NCBI RefSeq assembly: GCF_006345805.1
Contig: NC_043007.1
Span: 58,280,001 to 58,344,000 of the forward strand
Source: Octopus sinensis
Taxonomy: Eukaryota
Length of the DNA: 64,000 nucleotides
Reading direction: 5' to 3'
Each line of letters starts with the position of its first letter. Position 1 is the first letter of the stretch. The notes under the pieces were generated by a model that was not told the DNA's origin, searched no databases, and saw only the letters and a program-made list of their open reading frames with translations. Shown here piece by piece: positions 53,453 to 64,000 of the stretch. Made by a program: the position numbers and the translations under genes.

Positions 53453-54384
53453 ATGAAACTAACAGTTTCTGTGTGTTCTTTAATAGCTTACAAACATTTA
53501 CGCGGCAATTGATTTTGTTTCAGCACACGATCTCAGATCAAGTCACTTGCTATGCAAGTACATCTGCGTACTTTTTAAAAATCACTGTGGATGTCAACAA
53601 TGACCTTCTCAGGCTCTCCAATATTAAACAGAAACAATCGGGAGCAGGGAGTGGGGTTGCAAAAAATTCATAACTTCTCAAATTTTCTTTTTTATTGCAT
53701 ATAAATATATTTATGGGGGAAAATAATGAAAACCATCAATACATGCGAAAGTGATAAAGAAACGAGGAGGGTTGTCTTCGCATAGGCTAGAAACAACAGC
53801 CAAGTCCCCTTAAACCACTCACTTTTCTCTCTGAAAATATTAACAATTAAAAAAATTTTTCAACGAAAATGCTCTTCCCATGGTTTTGAAATGCAAAAAA
53901 ATTGGCCAAAATAGATCCGGAGTGGCATGATGAGGGAGTGAGGTGTGAAAAGAAAAGAGTTTACAAAATTTTTTTCCTACAAAGAAGCCCCCAACCCATC
54001 ATTTCGAAGGTTGTTTTTTTTTAATAATGAGGACTCGGTGCTGTTTGAAAGGGATTTGTATAAATTTTCATTAAAAGATACCCATCTTCCTGAAAGTTAT
54101 GAGGGAAAAAAGTCAGATTGTGTGTATTTTTCAAAACTCCTCTCTCCACCCCCTCGGAAAAATTATTTCCCATAAATCCCTACATACTCTGAAGCCACAA
54201 CATCTAAACGGTATTTGTAGAAAATTTTGTTAAAAAGTATCCATTTTTCTGGATGTCATGAGGCAACAAAGTCGGGGGTGTATACATCTGTAGTTATGTC
54301 ATTATATTTATACGTTTTTTCATTTCATGTTTATTTTATTCATTGTTTGCGATGTTCTCTCCCCCACCTCTCTCTCTCTCTCCG

Positions 54385-54436
<52 letters not shown>

Positions 54437-54689
54437 ATTGCAAAGCTTACAGAAGGGCTGCTGAATTGAAATTTTGCTTTGAGGGGAAGGTAAAATTTGA
54501 CAAACTGCTTCCCTTGTTGTTGGACTACCGTAATGTTTGTTTAAAAAATAGGGATTATGACAGTGATAAGATAATGAAAGCAATATTTACAAAGCAAGTG
54601 AGCACTATTATACAAAGAAATAATTGGACACAAAATATAAAAATCATTAGAATTGGGAATCAAATGTGAAATTATTATCAAGGGGCCAG

Positions 54690-54723
54690 CAGAAAACCGC
54701 CCGGAGGGCGGTCTTTCAGCTAG
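54690..54723 (+). mobile_element. Helitron-like 3' terminus
   Basis: GC hairpin ACCGCCC...GGGCGGT followed by CTAG|T. The 5' end was not identified. Confidence 0.5.
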
Positions 54724-54733
54724 TATAGATTAT

Positions 54734-55140
54734 TCTTTCTACTTTAGGCACGAGACCTGAAACTAGGGTTGGGAGTGGCTAAGTCGATTACATTGACCCC
54801 AGTGCTTGATGGATTTATTTTATCGACCCCGAAAGGATGAAAGATAAAGTCGACCCCGGCAATATTTAAATTCAGGAAGTCTTTACAAAAAAGGTACTGC
54901 TAAACATTTTACTTGGCGCGTTAACGATTCTGCCAGTTCGCCGCCTTAATAAAAATCCTTGAAATTTGGAGGGAGGAGACTAGTCGATTACATCGACCCC
55001 AGTACTCGACTGGTGCTTAATTTATCGACCCCGAAAGGATGAAAGGGGAAGTCGATCTCGGCGGAATTTGAACTCAGAACGTGAAAACGGGCGAAATACC
55101 GAAAAAGCATTTTGCCCGGTATGCTAACGATTCTGCCAGC
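54734..55140 (-). mobile_element. Two tandem SINE family B copies
   Basis: 54734-54947 and 54955-55140, each with the CGACCCCGAAAGGATGAAAG core. Confidence 0.85.
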
Positions 55141-55265
55141 AGTATAAAATTAAGATTGAAACAGTTGCAATGTCTTCGTTAATATATGATCCTGACAATG
55201 AGGCCCGACCAGGAAATAACACAAACTACATACATATTTGAAAATAATATGTATACCTAACATAA

Positions 55266-55472
55266 AGCTGCAAGCTGGCAGAGTCGTTAGCACGCCTTGC
55301 AAAATTCTTATTGGCATTTCGTCCGTCTTTACGTTTTGAATTCAAATTCTACCCAGGTCGACTTTGCCTTTCATCTTTTCGGGGTCGATAAAATAAGTAC
55401 TAGCTGAGCACTTAGCTCGATGTAATCGACATAGTCCTGAAATTGCTGGCCTTGTGCCGAAATTTGAAACCA
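55266..55472 (+). mobile_element. SINE family B (head-to-head with previous pair)
   Basis: GCTGGCAGAGTCGTTAGCAC...GTCGACTTTGCCTTTCATCTTTTCGGGGTCGATAAAATAAGTAC. Confidence 0.85.
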
Positions 55473-56489
55473 ATATATATATATCTAACATATTATTAAG
55501 AAATATTAAGAAAGCTGACACGTCAGACTTGCAACACACGCACACGCGTATTTAATCTAAATTGCTGGTCCGGCAAAATATATATGTCTTGTTATTACGT
55601 GTTGGATATATCTAGCTGCCAAGAAGTCAATGGTAAAGATTCTGACTGCCTTCGTTTCGTAACAAAGAGCGAACAAGTTTCCTCTACTTCATGTGTATAG
55701 CATAACACGTACGGTGAGTGAGAGTACGAAAATTGAAGACAGACACTTTCTACTTCGGTGAAACCCTCATGAAGTTTTACAGCGATCATATGAAAAGTAA
55801 GATGAGAATAATAGGAGAAGCGCTTCCCCAGCCAGTAAATTAACTGAAAGGTGAGAGTGACAAGGAACCTTGTGTGGCTAAATTACACCCATTGATTGTA
55901 ACTTCATAACAAGTATTTATGCCTAAGTGTTGAAAAGCGTTTAGGGATTAGCCAAAAACAAAAAAGTTACACTTCATTGAAATAATAATTGTCCATTACC
56001 ATCACCAACCTTTGATAGAACGCAAGGCTCATCGTTCGAATGACTGCATTGACCAACTATGAGAGAACTGCGAAACACTGTTGATGCGAAACACTGTAGA
56101 TGCGAAACACCTATCTTAAGACTGTTTCCTCAAGGATTGCAATTAAAGAGATGATCTATGGAAACACCTGTGTAACAAACAACACCTAAAACTGCGAACT
56201 TTTCGTGAATCTCTGTAGATTTTCGCAGCCTCGGGGAATATTTTCGCATAATGAGCTACAGCATTCAATGGCCCCTTTGTTTCTGGAATGGATAATAGTA
56301 ACAGATAGACATTAAGTCAAAGGAACCTGTCCCCTCCACAAGATACAAAACAGATGTTTCAATCTAGTCGTATATACTTTATGACAACTAATGGAGATAA
56401 AAAAAAACCAGAAAACTTGTTGATTTGTTTTACTTCCACATAACCATTCCTCTTAACCATGAAAAGTTATTGCTATTACCTATTTGCTT

Positions 56490-56850
56490 ACCTGTAGAAA
56501 ATATGAAAAATGGCTAATATTTCCTTCAAACTTTGCTTTTGTTACATTAATTCAGACCCCCAAAGAATAACTATAAACTCATGATCAGAAATGCACATAT
56601 AGGCAGCCCCTAAGGAACATGCTCAAGTGGTTAAGGTCAAGCAACTGACAAACAAATCTGTGATATTGAGCAGAATATTTGCTGTAGCCCACTGAGCAGA
56701 ATATTTGTTAAAACGATTGTTCTGCTTCAGCAACTCAGCGCTGAATCTGTCTGAAAGTAATGAAAAATAAGTCAATTTCAAAACATTGATGTCCAGGTCA
56801 CAAAAGTAAAGTTTGAAGGGAATAGTAGTCATTTCCTTTGATTTCTATAT
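56490..56850. mobile_element. MITE-like element with about 55-bp imperfect TIRs
   Basis: AAATGGCTAATATTTCCTTCAAACTTTGCTTTTGTTAC vs reverse complement AAATGACTACTATTCCCTTCAAACTTTACTTTTGTGAC. Confidence 0.6.
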
Positions 56851-57180
56851 AGAAACAAATTGGAAATAACACTTACTAACCAAAGACAAAAAAAAATTCA
56901 TTACACAGTGTAATTAAGATTGACTACATTGTCCACTTTCTATCAAAATTGAGACTGACACAGAGCCAAGCACTTAAATAGACCTTCCCAGAATCGCACA
57001 ATCATGTGTCCAATGCTACAACAGTATATTATTAGTTTTTATTGCAGAGGAATGATGAAAGGCAAAGTCTAACCTGGCAATCATTGAACACACACCATAA
57101 ATAAACGTAAATTAATGTTATAAGATAGTTTGTTCAGTGCTCTAACAACTCTGCCATTATAATATTTTTCCATAAAATTG

Positions 57181-57229
<49 letters not shown>

Positions 57230-57230
<1 letters not shown>

Positions 57231-57442
57231 CATTTCTACCATAAGCACAAGGCCTGGAATTTGTGGGGAAGGGGATAGTTGATTACATCGACCTCAGTAC
57301 TTGATTGGTTCTTAATTTATCGACCCCGAAAGGATCAAAGTCAAAGCCGACCGTGGCGGAACTTGAGCTCAGAACGTATTGTTGGGCGAAATTTCGCTAA
57401 GTATTTTCTCCGGCGTGCTAACGATTCTACCAGTTCATTGCC

Positions 57443-57444
<2 letters not shown>
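57230..57444 (-). mobile_element. SINE family B between (AAT)n and (GTA)n tracts
   Basis: TTAATTTATCGACCCCGAAAGGATC core. Confidence 0.8.
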
Positions 57445-57530
<86 letters not shown>

Positions 57531-57587
57531 GAGGGAATGATGATATTTTAAAAGTATTGACGTAACTCCTCGCAAAGGTAAATAGAA

Positions 57588-57967
57588 AATACGAAAAGCT
57601 CGATGCGATTGCAATAGATGTTTTATTGGTTGAACGATATTTCGACAGCTAGTCTGTCTTTGTCGAGTTCAAAATGAAAAGTGATACTGTTTGATTAGAT
57701 ATTCTTTTTCCTGTTCCTTTTTCTTTCCTTTTCTTTTTCCTCTTTTCTTTTTCATTTTGCCAGTTATAAACTTGGAAATTGAAGACTGATGTCCTTCCAT
57801 CAACGTGGGAACGCTGGTTGCCTCGTTCAGATTTTGGATTTGATTTTCTATAATTTTGAATTTCTTTGTATCACTTTTCATTTTGAACTCGACAAAGACA
57901 GGCTAGCTGTCGAAATAACGTTTAACCAATAAAACATCTCTTGCAATCGCATCGCACTCTTTGTATT
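57588..57967. repeat. 100-bp inverted repeat with 180-bp spacer (foldback or MITE)
   Basis: 57588-57687 vs 57868-57967, e.g. CTTTGTCGAGTTCAAAATGAAAAGTGATAC / GTATCACTTTTCATTTTGAACTCGACAAAG. Confidence 0.85.
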
Positions 57968-58552
57968 GTCTAGGGGGGAAGAGGACTTATTGGATGCGAA
58001 CACAGCATTAGAGCAGAAGAAAACAACATAGAATGGTATGTAAAAAATGCCACAGAACCGCTATTATTAGAAGTTAGACGGTCAGGCTTGTGTAAGATGA
58101 AAGATTGCAAAGATCCTATGGGATTTTATAATCCAGTGGGACCATGAGATAGATAATAGGAAGCAGGACATAGTCTAAATTGAGAAAGAAAACAAACAAT
58201 GCTGGATCATAGATATAGCATGCGCAGCTGACAACAAGGTATGCAATAAGGAAGAAAGAAAGGTCGAGAGATATGACAGGTTACCTTGGGAAGTTAAGCA
58301 GTTGTGGTCGATGAAAAAGGTAGCATTAGTATCAATAATTGTCGGAGCCCTGGGAACAGTGAGCAAAAATCTCGAGTAGTACGTGGAACAAATAGGGGCT
58401 GCAATAAGGGTGGAACACTTGAAGAAAACAGCACTGCTTGGAACTGCTCGAATACTCCGGAAGGTTCTCGAAAAATAAGGTGTTACCTTAGTTCACTGGT
58501 AGTGAACAGCTGACACTGTAGTACATCTCCAGCGTTAGAAGCTGTGCAAAGA
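57968..58552 (+). mobile_element. R4/Dong-like retrotransposon 3' fragment with internal deletion
   Basis: SRGGRGLIGCEHSIRAEENN joined to KILWDFIIQWDHEIDNRKQDIV*..CWIIDIAC..IVGALG..KTALLGTARILRKVLEK*, followed by a (CAA)(AAT)n tail. Confidence 0.8.
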
Positions 58553-58571
58553 CAACAACAACAACAACAAC

Positions 58572-58607
<36 letters not shown>

Positions 58608-58690
58608 TATTATTATTATTATTATTCCAAAATGTTTTTGGAAACTAAAAGGAAAACTAAATCAGTATAGTATACCAAATCGCTTGTCCT

Positions 58691-59938
58691 ATGGTTAATC
58701 TGGAAGCGCGTCCCCCAGGGAAGAGCCAGCCTGGGATCGAAAAGTCATCAACTGGCACAAACTCTTCTCCGAATACAGACATGGATGGTCACTTGAACGG
58801 GAAATCCCCCAACTCGAGCCCTCCAAGTTCACCACCACAACCACCACAGAAAGAAAAATGTAAGCGGAACAAATGGACCCGAGAAGAGTATAAAGAAGTA
58901 ATATACGCTTATTACTATGCATTAGGTAGGCCATCTCAAGAGAGAAACACCGCAAACTCTTACAGTATATGGAGAACACGGAATCAAGACAGTAGGCCCT
59001 ATTTGGACGAGAACAAATTAGCAAATGTGAGGAGGGATATCCTTAGAAATAACAGACTCACAGACAGTGAAATAAGTGCAATCAAGCACGCAACGGAAAA
59101 TGACATAAATATAAGACACAAAGGAAATGAAGAATCAGATGAACAGTATAGCCCGCCACGAGGCTTAATTGAAAGACTGCCATCTGACCAAAGTACGCAA
59201 AGGCCTGAAGATACAAGAAATTCTATTGTACCTGTTAAAGATAGCCAGGAAAACGAAAAAACAACAGTAATTGAAGATCTCGCATTTGCTGAAGAACACA
59301 GAGAGTCTATGGCAGAAATGAGGCAGAAAATCCTGAATACGCTTGAAGTTGTAAAACATACAAGTATGAATGATAGAGAACCACTTCATAAACTCTCAAA
59401 TACAAACCAAAATAAAAAACAAATCCAAATTGGCAACTATGTAACAAATGAAATAATACGAGAATTAAAACCTGATTTTACTGAGTTAATTGAAATTATT
59501 TACGCTTCTGCTAGTGCAATTGAAACCAGCTGTATGCCCCCGAAAAAACAAAGAAAACAAAACCTGGGAAGAAATCAAACCTGGAGAAGTAAAATTGAAA
59601 AAGAGATTGAATTTATGAGAGGGGAAATATCAATATTAAATGAACTAATATGTGGAAATGATGTAAGATCCAGAACAAGAAGAAAGATGAAGAGAAAATT
59701 TGGATCCTCACCAAGAGAAGAACTGATATCAATAAAAGAAACGCTGAAACAAAAAGTCCAAGCAAAAGCCCAAAGAATACGAAGATTTGAGAAGAGAAAC
59801 AAGTTTTACAAGCAAAATAAGCTGTTCACATCCAATGCCAAAAAATTCTACAGAGAAATAGGGAAGGAGAAAGTAACCGTTAAAGACCCCCCCTCCCATG
59901 GAAGAAGTTCAAAACTTTTGGAAAAGGATTTGGAGTGA
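58691..59938 (+). CDS. R4/Dong ORF, N-terminal part (frameshift at about 59887-59897)
   Basis: RNKWTREEYKEVIYAYYYA N-terminal motif and QAKAQRIRRFEKRNKFYKQNKLF pre-RT motif. Removing one C gives KDPPSMEEVQNFWK. Confidence 0.8.
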   Translation: MVNLEARPPGKSQPGIEKSSTGTNSSPNTDMDGHLNGKSPNSSPPSSPPQPPQKEKCKRNKWTREEYKEVIYAYYYALGRPSQERNTANSYSIWRTRNQDSRPYLDENKLANVRRDILRNNRLTDSEISAIKHATENDINIRHKGNEESDEQYSPPRGLIERLPSDQSTQRPEDTRNSIVPVKDSQENEKTTVIEDLAFAEEHRESMAEMRQKILNTLEVVKHTSMNDREPLHKLSNTNQNKKQIQIGNYVTNEIIRELKPDFTELIEIIYASASAIETSCMPPKKQRKQNLGRNQTWRSKIEKEIEFMRGEISILNELICGNDVRSRTRRKMKRKFGSSPREELISIKETLKQKVQAKAQRIRRFEKRNKFYKQNKLFTSNAKKFYREIGKEKVTVKDPPSHGRSSKLLEKDLE

Positions 59939-62213
59939 CAAGAAGACGTACAACATAAATGCAGACTGGATTATACAAACTGAAGGATCCTACCAAAATT
60001 TACAACAACAAGCATGGGAAGACATCACAATAGCAGACCTAAGAAAGGCACTCACGAAGGCCCATAATTGGAAATCCCCTGGTAAAGATAGGGTGCCGAA
60101 TTTCTGGCTCGCATCGCTCCCATGCGCACACGGTAAGCTAGTTCAGCTGCTCAATGGAATTATGAGAGACCCAAAGAAAACACCTGAATGGTTAGCAAGT
60201 GGCATTACTTACCTACTCCCAAAGAATAACGAAACCAACCTTCCAAAAAACTATCGGCCTATAACCTGTCTATCCACCACGTATAAAATCCTAACATCTA
60301 TCCTGGCGGAGAAAACATATGCATTCATGGAGAAGAACGATATTTTCCCCATTGAACAAAAAGGGTGCCGCCGAGGCTCTTACGGATGCAAAGATCAACT
60401 GCTAATCAATCGTATGATCCTTGAGAACTGTAACAACAAGCGCAGAAATCTCAGCACCGCATGGATTGACTACAAAAAGGCCTTCGACAGTATACCGCAT
60501 CCATGGATCTTGAGATCGCTGGACATCTTCAAAATTTCCCCTGTGATTTCAAACTTCCTGAAGCACAATATGTCGTTGTGGAATACGAATCTCCAATTAT
60601 ACCACTCTAATGGAGTACTTGCCTCAGAAAATATAAACGTCAACTGTGGAATTTTTCAAGGTGACTCACTTTCACCTTTAATATTCTGCATAGCCCTAAT
60701 ACCCCTTACAAGTGAATTACACAGAACAGGGTATGGGTATAAAATTGCCAATAAAAAAATAAGCCACCTATTTTATATGGATGACTTAAAACTTTATGGT
60801 AAAGACAATAATGAACTTGAAGGCCTATTGCGCACCGTGAAAGCATTCAGCGATGACATCGGGATGCAGTTTGGACTTGAGAAGTGTGCCAAGACCACAA
60901 ATTCAGTCGTGTTAGATGTTGACACAGTCATAAGAGAGCTTGAGCAAGAACAAACATACAAATATTTAGGGATAAATGAAGGCTCTGGTATTCAGCATGC
61001 AAGCATGAAAGAGAAAATCAGGAAGGAATGTTATAGGAGAGTTCGTGCAGTCCTGAAATCTGAACTAAATGCACGTAACAAGGTGTTAGCTATAAATTCC
61101 TTAGCAGTTCCAGTTGTTACTTATAGCTACAATGTGTTGAACTGGAATATGAGTGAAGTAAAGAATATAGATAGAAAAATACGCAAGCTGCTGAGTTGTA
61201 ATAGGATGCACCACCCAAAGGCAGACGTAGATCGTCTTTACCTTCCCAGAGCCCAAGGAGGTCGAGGCCTGATCCAATTTGAACTAGCTTACAAAACAAC
61301 CACAATTGGACTGGCCAAATATCTCGAAATATCGAATGACTGGATGCTAAAGCTCGTGGAAAATCACGAGAGACGAAAGAAGCTTCATTCTATCATAAAG
61401 GAAAGCAAAAAATTTGCTATTGATCTCGTGCAGGATACCCAAACTGAACAACCCGAGGGAAGTACGGCAACTATTGTTGCAAAGAAGGTGAAAATGATGG
61501 CAATGAAAAAAGCGCACGAGCAATTGGCTGATAGGTGGGAGGAGAAACCTCTGCACGGCAAATATGTGACCCGCAGCAAACAAGCTGATGTTGACCAGAA
61601 GCAAACCCATCAGTGGCTACGGAGCTCAGGGCTAAAAGCAGAGAGCGAAGGTTTCATCCTGGGTGCTCAAGATCAAAGCCTATTAACCCGGAACTACCAG
61701 GCCAATGTGATGAAAAATGGAGCAGACCCAAAATGCCGATTCTGCAACGACATGATTGAAACAGTGGACCACCTAATCTCTGGATGTAAAGTCTTAGCAC
61801 CAGTGGAGTATAAATTAAGACATGACAGAGTTGGCCAATATCTCCACTGGCTAATAAGTCGGCATTACAATATCAAAACTGCCGACAAGTGGTATAATCA
61901 CCACCCTGAGGCTGTAACTGAAGGAGAAAATGTAACCATTCTCTGGGACTTTCCAGTACATACAGACCGAACCATCAAGGCCAATAAACCAGATATTGTT
62001 GTGAAAGACCAAAACAATAAAGTTTGCTTATTGATCGACATGAGCATCCCCTGTGATCATAATATCTCAGCGAAAGAGTTTGACAAGCTCAGAAAATATA
62101 AAGACCTGCTCATTGAAATTGAGAAAATGTGGCATCTCAAGGCGGTTACAATACCAGTGATCGTAGGAGCACTAGGAATGATCAAGAAGGGAACCGAAAA
62201 TTATATGAGATGA
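59898..62213 (+). CDS. R4/Dong ORF, RT-zinc knuckle-RLE part (true end probably 62299 after a second frameshift)
   Basis: NYRPITCL, DYKKAFDSIPH, GIFQGDSLSP, YMDDLKLY, YKYLG, GGRGL, CRFC...HLISGC, RHD and NKPDIVV..LIDMSIP. Adding one A at about 62210 continues RMIPGLPSLQEVQKIVLTGTSHVLRRALSM*. Confidence 0.9.
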   Translation: MEEVQNFWKRIWSDKKTYNINADWIIQTEGSYQNLQQQAWEDITIADLRKALTKAHNWKSPGKDRVPNFWLASLPCAHGKLVQLLNGIMRDPKKTPEWLASGITYLLPKNNETNLPKNYRPITCLSTTYKILTSILAEKTYAFMEKNDIFPIEQKGCRRGSYGCKDQLLINRMILENCNNKRRNLSTAWIDYKKAFDSIPHPWILRSLDIFKISPVISNFLKHNMSLWNTNLQLYHSNGVLASENINVNCGIFQGDSLSPLIFCIALIPLTSELHRTGYGYKIANKKISHLFYMDDLKLYGKDNNELEGLLRTVKAFSDDIGMQFGLEKCAKTTNSVVLDVDTVIRELEQEQTYKYLGINEGSGIQHASMKEKIRKECYRRVRAVLKSELNARNKVLAINSLAVPVVTYSYNVLNWNMSEVKNIDRKIRKLLSCNRMHHPKADVDRLYLPRAQGGRGLIQFELAYKTTTIGLAKYLEISNDWMLKLVENHERRKKLHSIIKESKKFAIDLVQDTQTEQPEGSTATIVAKKVKMMAMKKAHEQLADRWEEKPLHGKYVTRSKQADVDQKQTHQWLRSSGLKAESEGFILGAQDQSLLTRNYQANVMKNGADPKCRFCNDMIETVDHLISGCKVLAPVEYKLRHDRVGQYLHWLISRHYNIKTADKWYNHHPEAVTEGENVTILWDFPVHTDRTIKANKPDIVVKDQNNKVCLLIDMSIPCDHNISAKEFDKLRKYKDLLIEIEKMWHLKAVTIPVIVGALGMIKKGTENYMR

Positions 62214-62551
62214 TCCCTGGCTTACCATCCCTGCAAGAGGTGCAAAAGATTGTCTTAACTGGTACATCACACGTATTGAGAAGAGCATTGTCGATGTGAG
62301 AACTGTTGCTGCTCATGTATTTTAATTTAACTTAAAAAAAAAAATAATAATAATAAAAAAATGAACGAACTACTGAGTTTGGTTTAATGGCCTACCATTG
62401 TATACTATGAGTTTCTTTGCCCTAGGAGTCGGGAAGACACTCGGCAAGAAATGGAAGCAAATTTGGAAGAAGAAAAAAAAAAGTAATAATAATAATAATA
62501 ATGATGATGACAATGATGATAATAATTATAATAATAATAATAATAATAATG

Positions 62552-62621
<70 letters not shown>

Positions 62622-62649
62622 TAATAATAATAATAAGGATAATAATAAT

Positions 62650-62885
62650 GTGGCAGCTACAAGATATGGCAGGTACGAGAGTCGAACATAATGGTTGTCC
62701 CTGTCAATACCCCCCAAGTTGAAGAAACATCTGGAAACTTCAGAAATACCCTACAAGTAATTCAAAAATCGGCATTACATGGAACCGCACGCATATTGCG
62801 TAAGGTACTGTCAGTCTGAGGTGCTTGTTATGACATGATAGACAGTACAAACCCTCGGGAAGCACACTTCAATCAGTATCATAAA
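62650..62885 (+). mobile_element. Third R4/Dong-like extreme 3' fragment
   Basis: Decayed KLKKHLE...VIQKSALHGTARILRKVLSV*, homologous to the RLE C-terminus of the two upstream elements. Confidence 0.6.
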
Positions 62886-62989
62886 GGATGGGGATAAAGA
62901 AATGGAAAAGGCATGGAAATGCGATAAAAGTATACATAGTATACAAAGTATGTCATAACATGAATGAAGCAATCCTCTTGATACTGAAG

Positions 62990-64000
62990 AAACCGGAACT
63001 AGGGTCAATCAAGCTACAGATAACCACCAAAGGTACGGACCCTCTCTCCTGCTCTCCGATCTACTGGCGAATACTTCGTTTAAGGCCATTCACTCTAACC
63101 GTATTTGCCACAGCCACCTATCTTTTCACAAATTCACTGGAATGTAGCACTTCCCTCTCCGCCTTGAAAGTTGATAAAAGCTTGGCCGAAGAGGAAGGTG
63201 TATTTCTTCAATCCTTTCAGCCTTGTCCACCACAAAACAGTTTTCTCTATAGCCACTAGACAGAGGAACACAGTTTGCCCTACCTTGTTAAAGGTGGGAG
63301 GTGGAGCGATCCTCAAGAAGGATTCGGTCGATAGTCATATTCGTCCTACATGCGATAACAGCTGTTTGACATAACTCCACAAGCCAGCAATACTTGGACA
63401 CTGCATGAGTGCATGCAAAACAGTTTCGTCGCTCTGCGCTCAATTCGGACAAAGTTATGGACCGGAAAGTATCTATAGTATCCCCTGTATTGCCGTCCCT
63501 TCTCTGTAAAGTTAATACATCACGGGTCATAGACCTGGGAATTCTCCCGTTGTGCTAGCACTTAAGATAGACGTTTGCCAAGGGGTCACCAATCAGCTCT
63601 GGTGTATAACCATGAAAACCATAGGGCAGACCAGACCATCCAAACCGGGCGATTCGTCCCTTAAGCAGCCATTCAGTACTTCTTGTATTTCAGTTGCTGT
63701 TATTGACTTTTCAAGTGTTTAGCCTCTTCTTCCTAGAGTAACGACAGGCCGGCGAGGTAGGTGCTAAAGTCCGTAATTCTCTGTGACCTGTCGCTTTCTC
63801 TCAAGAGGCGGGCAAAGTACTGCCGGAAGGCTGTACACATTTGCTTGGAACTATACAGTACGCGCCCATCCTGATCTATCAAAGACTGAATTGTGGCTTT
63901 GTTACCACATCGCGCCTCCACCATCCGAGCCCATCAGACAGATTTCGTTCCATTTTGTTTTAGTGCACGAGCTCTAGCCCTGACAACGCAGCCTTCGTAT
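62990..64000 (-). mobile_element. Decayed L1/Tx1-like LINE ORF2 fragment
   Basis: Minus frames give TIQSLIDQDGRVL...AFRQYFARL, EVLNGCLRDESPGLDGL and DTIDTFRSITL (NFRPITL-like), then a decayed RT region. Continues beyond the window. Confidence 0.65.

Larger units (their letters stand above)
58626..62475 (+). mobile_element. Near full-length R4/Dong-clade non-LTR retrotransposon (RT + CCHC + restriction-like endonuclease) in an AAT microsatellite
   Basis: One ORF of about 1200 aa if two 1-nt indels are corrected. (ATT)n on the left, (AAT)n on the right. Confidence 0.9.

Noticed and set aside
56066-56112. Three 16-bp tandem repeats TGCGAAACACTGT(T/A)GA, superficially CRISPR- or ribozyme-like
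   Set aside because: No spacers, only three units, eukaryotic context; simple minisatellite.

Overview
AT-rich, microsatellite-saturated eukaryotic non-coding DNA. The SINE families and (TA)n/(CA)n/(GATA)n density look like an octopus (coleoid cephalopod) genome; that assignment is recall, not a search result. No host protein-coding gene could be supported, and nearly all ORF-track entries are translated microsatellites. Recognisable content is transposons: tRNA-derived SINEs, three Penelope-like (PLE) coding remnants, three Tc1/maT-type elements, a mariner with TIRs and TA duplication, MITEs, Helitron ends, a nearly intact R4/Dong-clade RT+RLE retrotransposon stacked with two other R4-like 3' fragments in AAT microsatellites, and a Tx1/L1-like fragment. 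Main hidden signal: about a dozen type I hammerhead-ribozyme motifs found by eye, nine of them between 3.9 and 22.7 kb. They range from fully canonical to degenerate, almost all have a palindromic stem III, and they sit in several different short elements inserted in (TA)n tracts. Four of those elements have a 5' inverted partial copy of their terminal sequence, and three of the four are also partial-tandem non-coding units. This suggests a diverse family of PLE-dependent, retrozyme-like non-autonomous elements. All coordinates were read by hand and may be off by a few bases.
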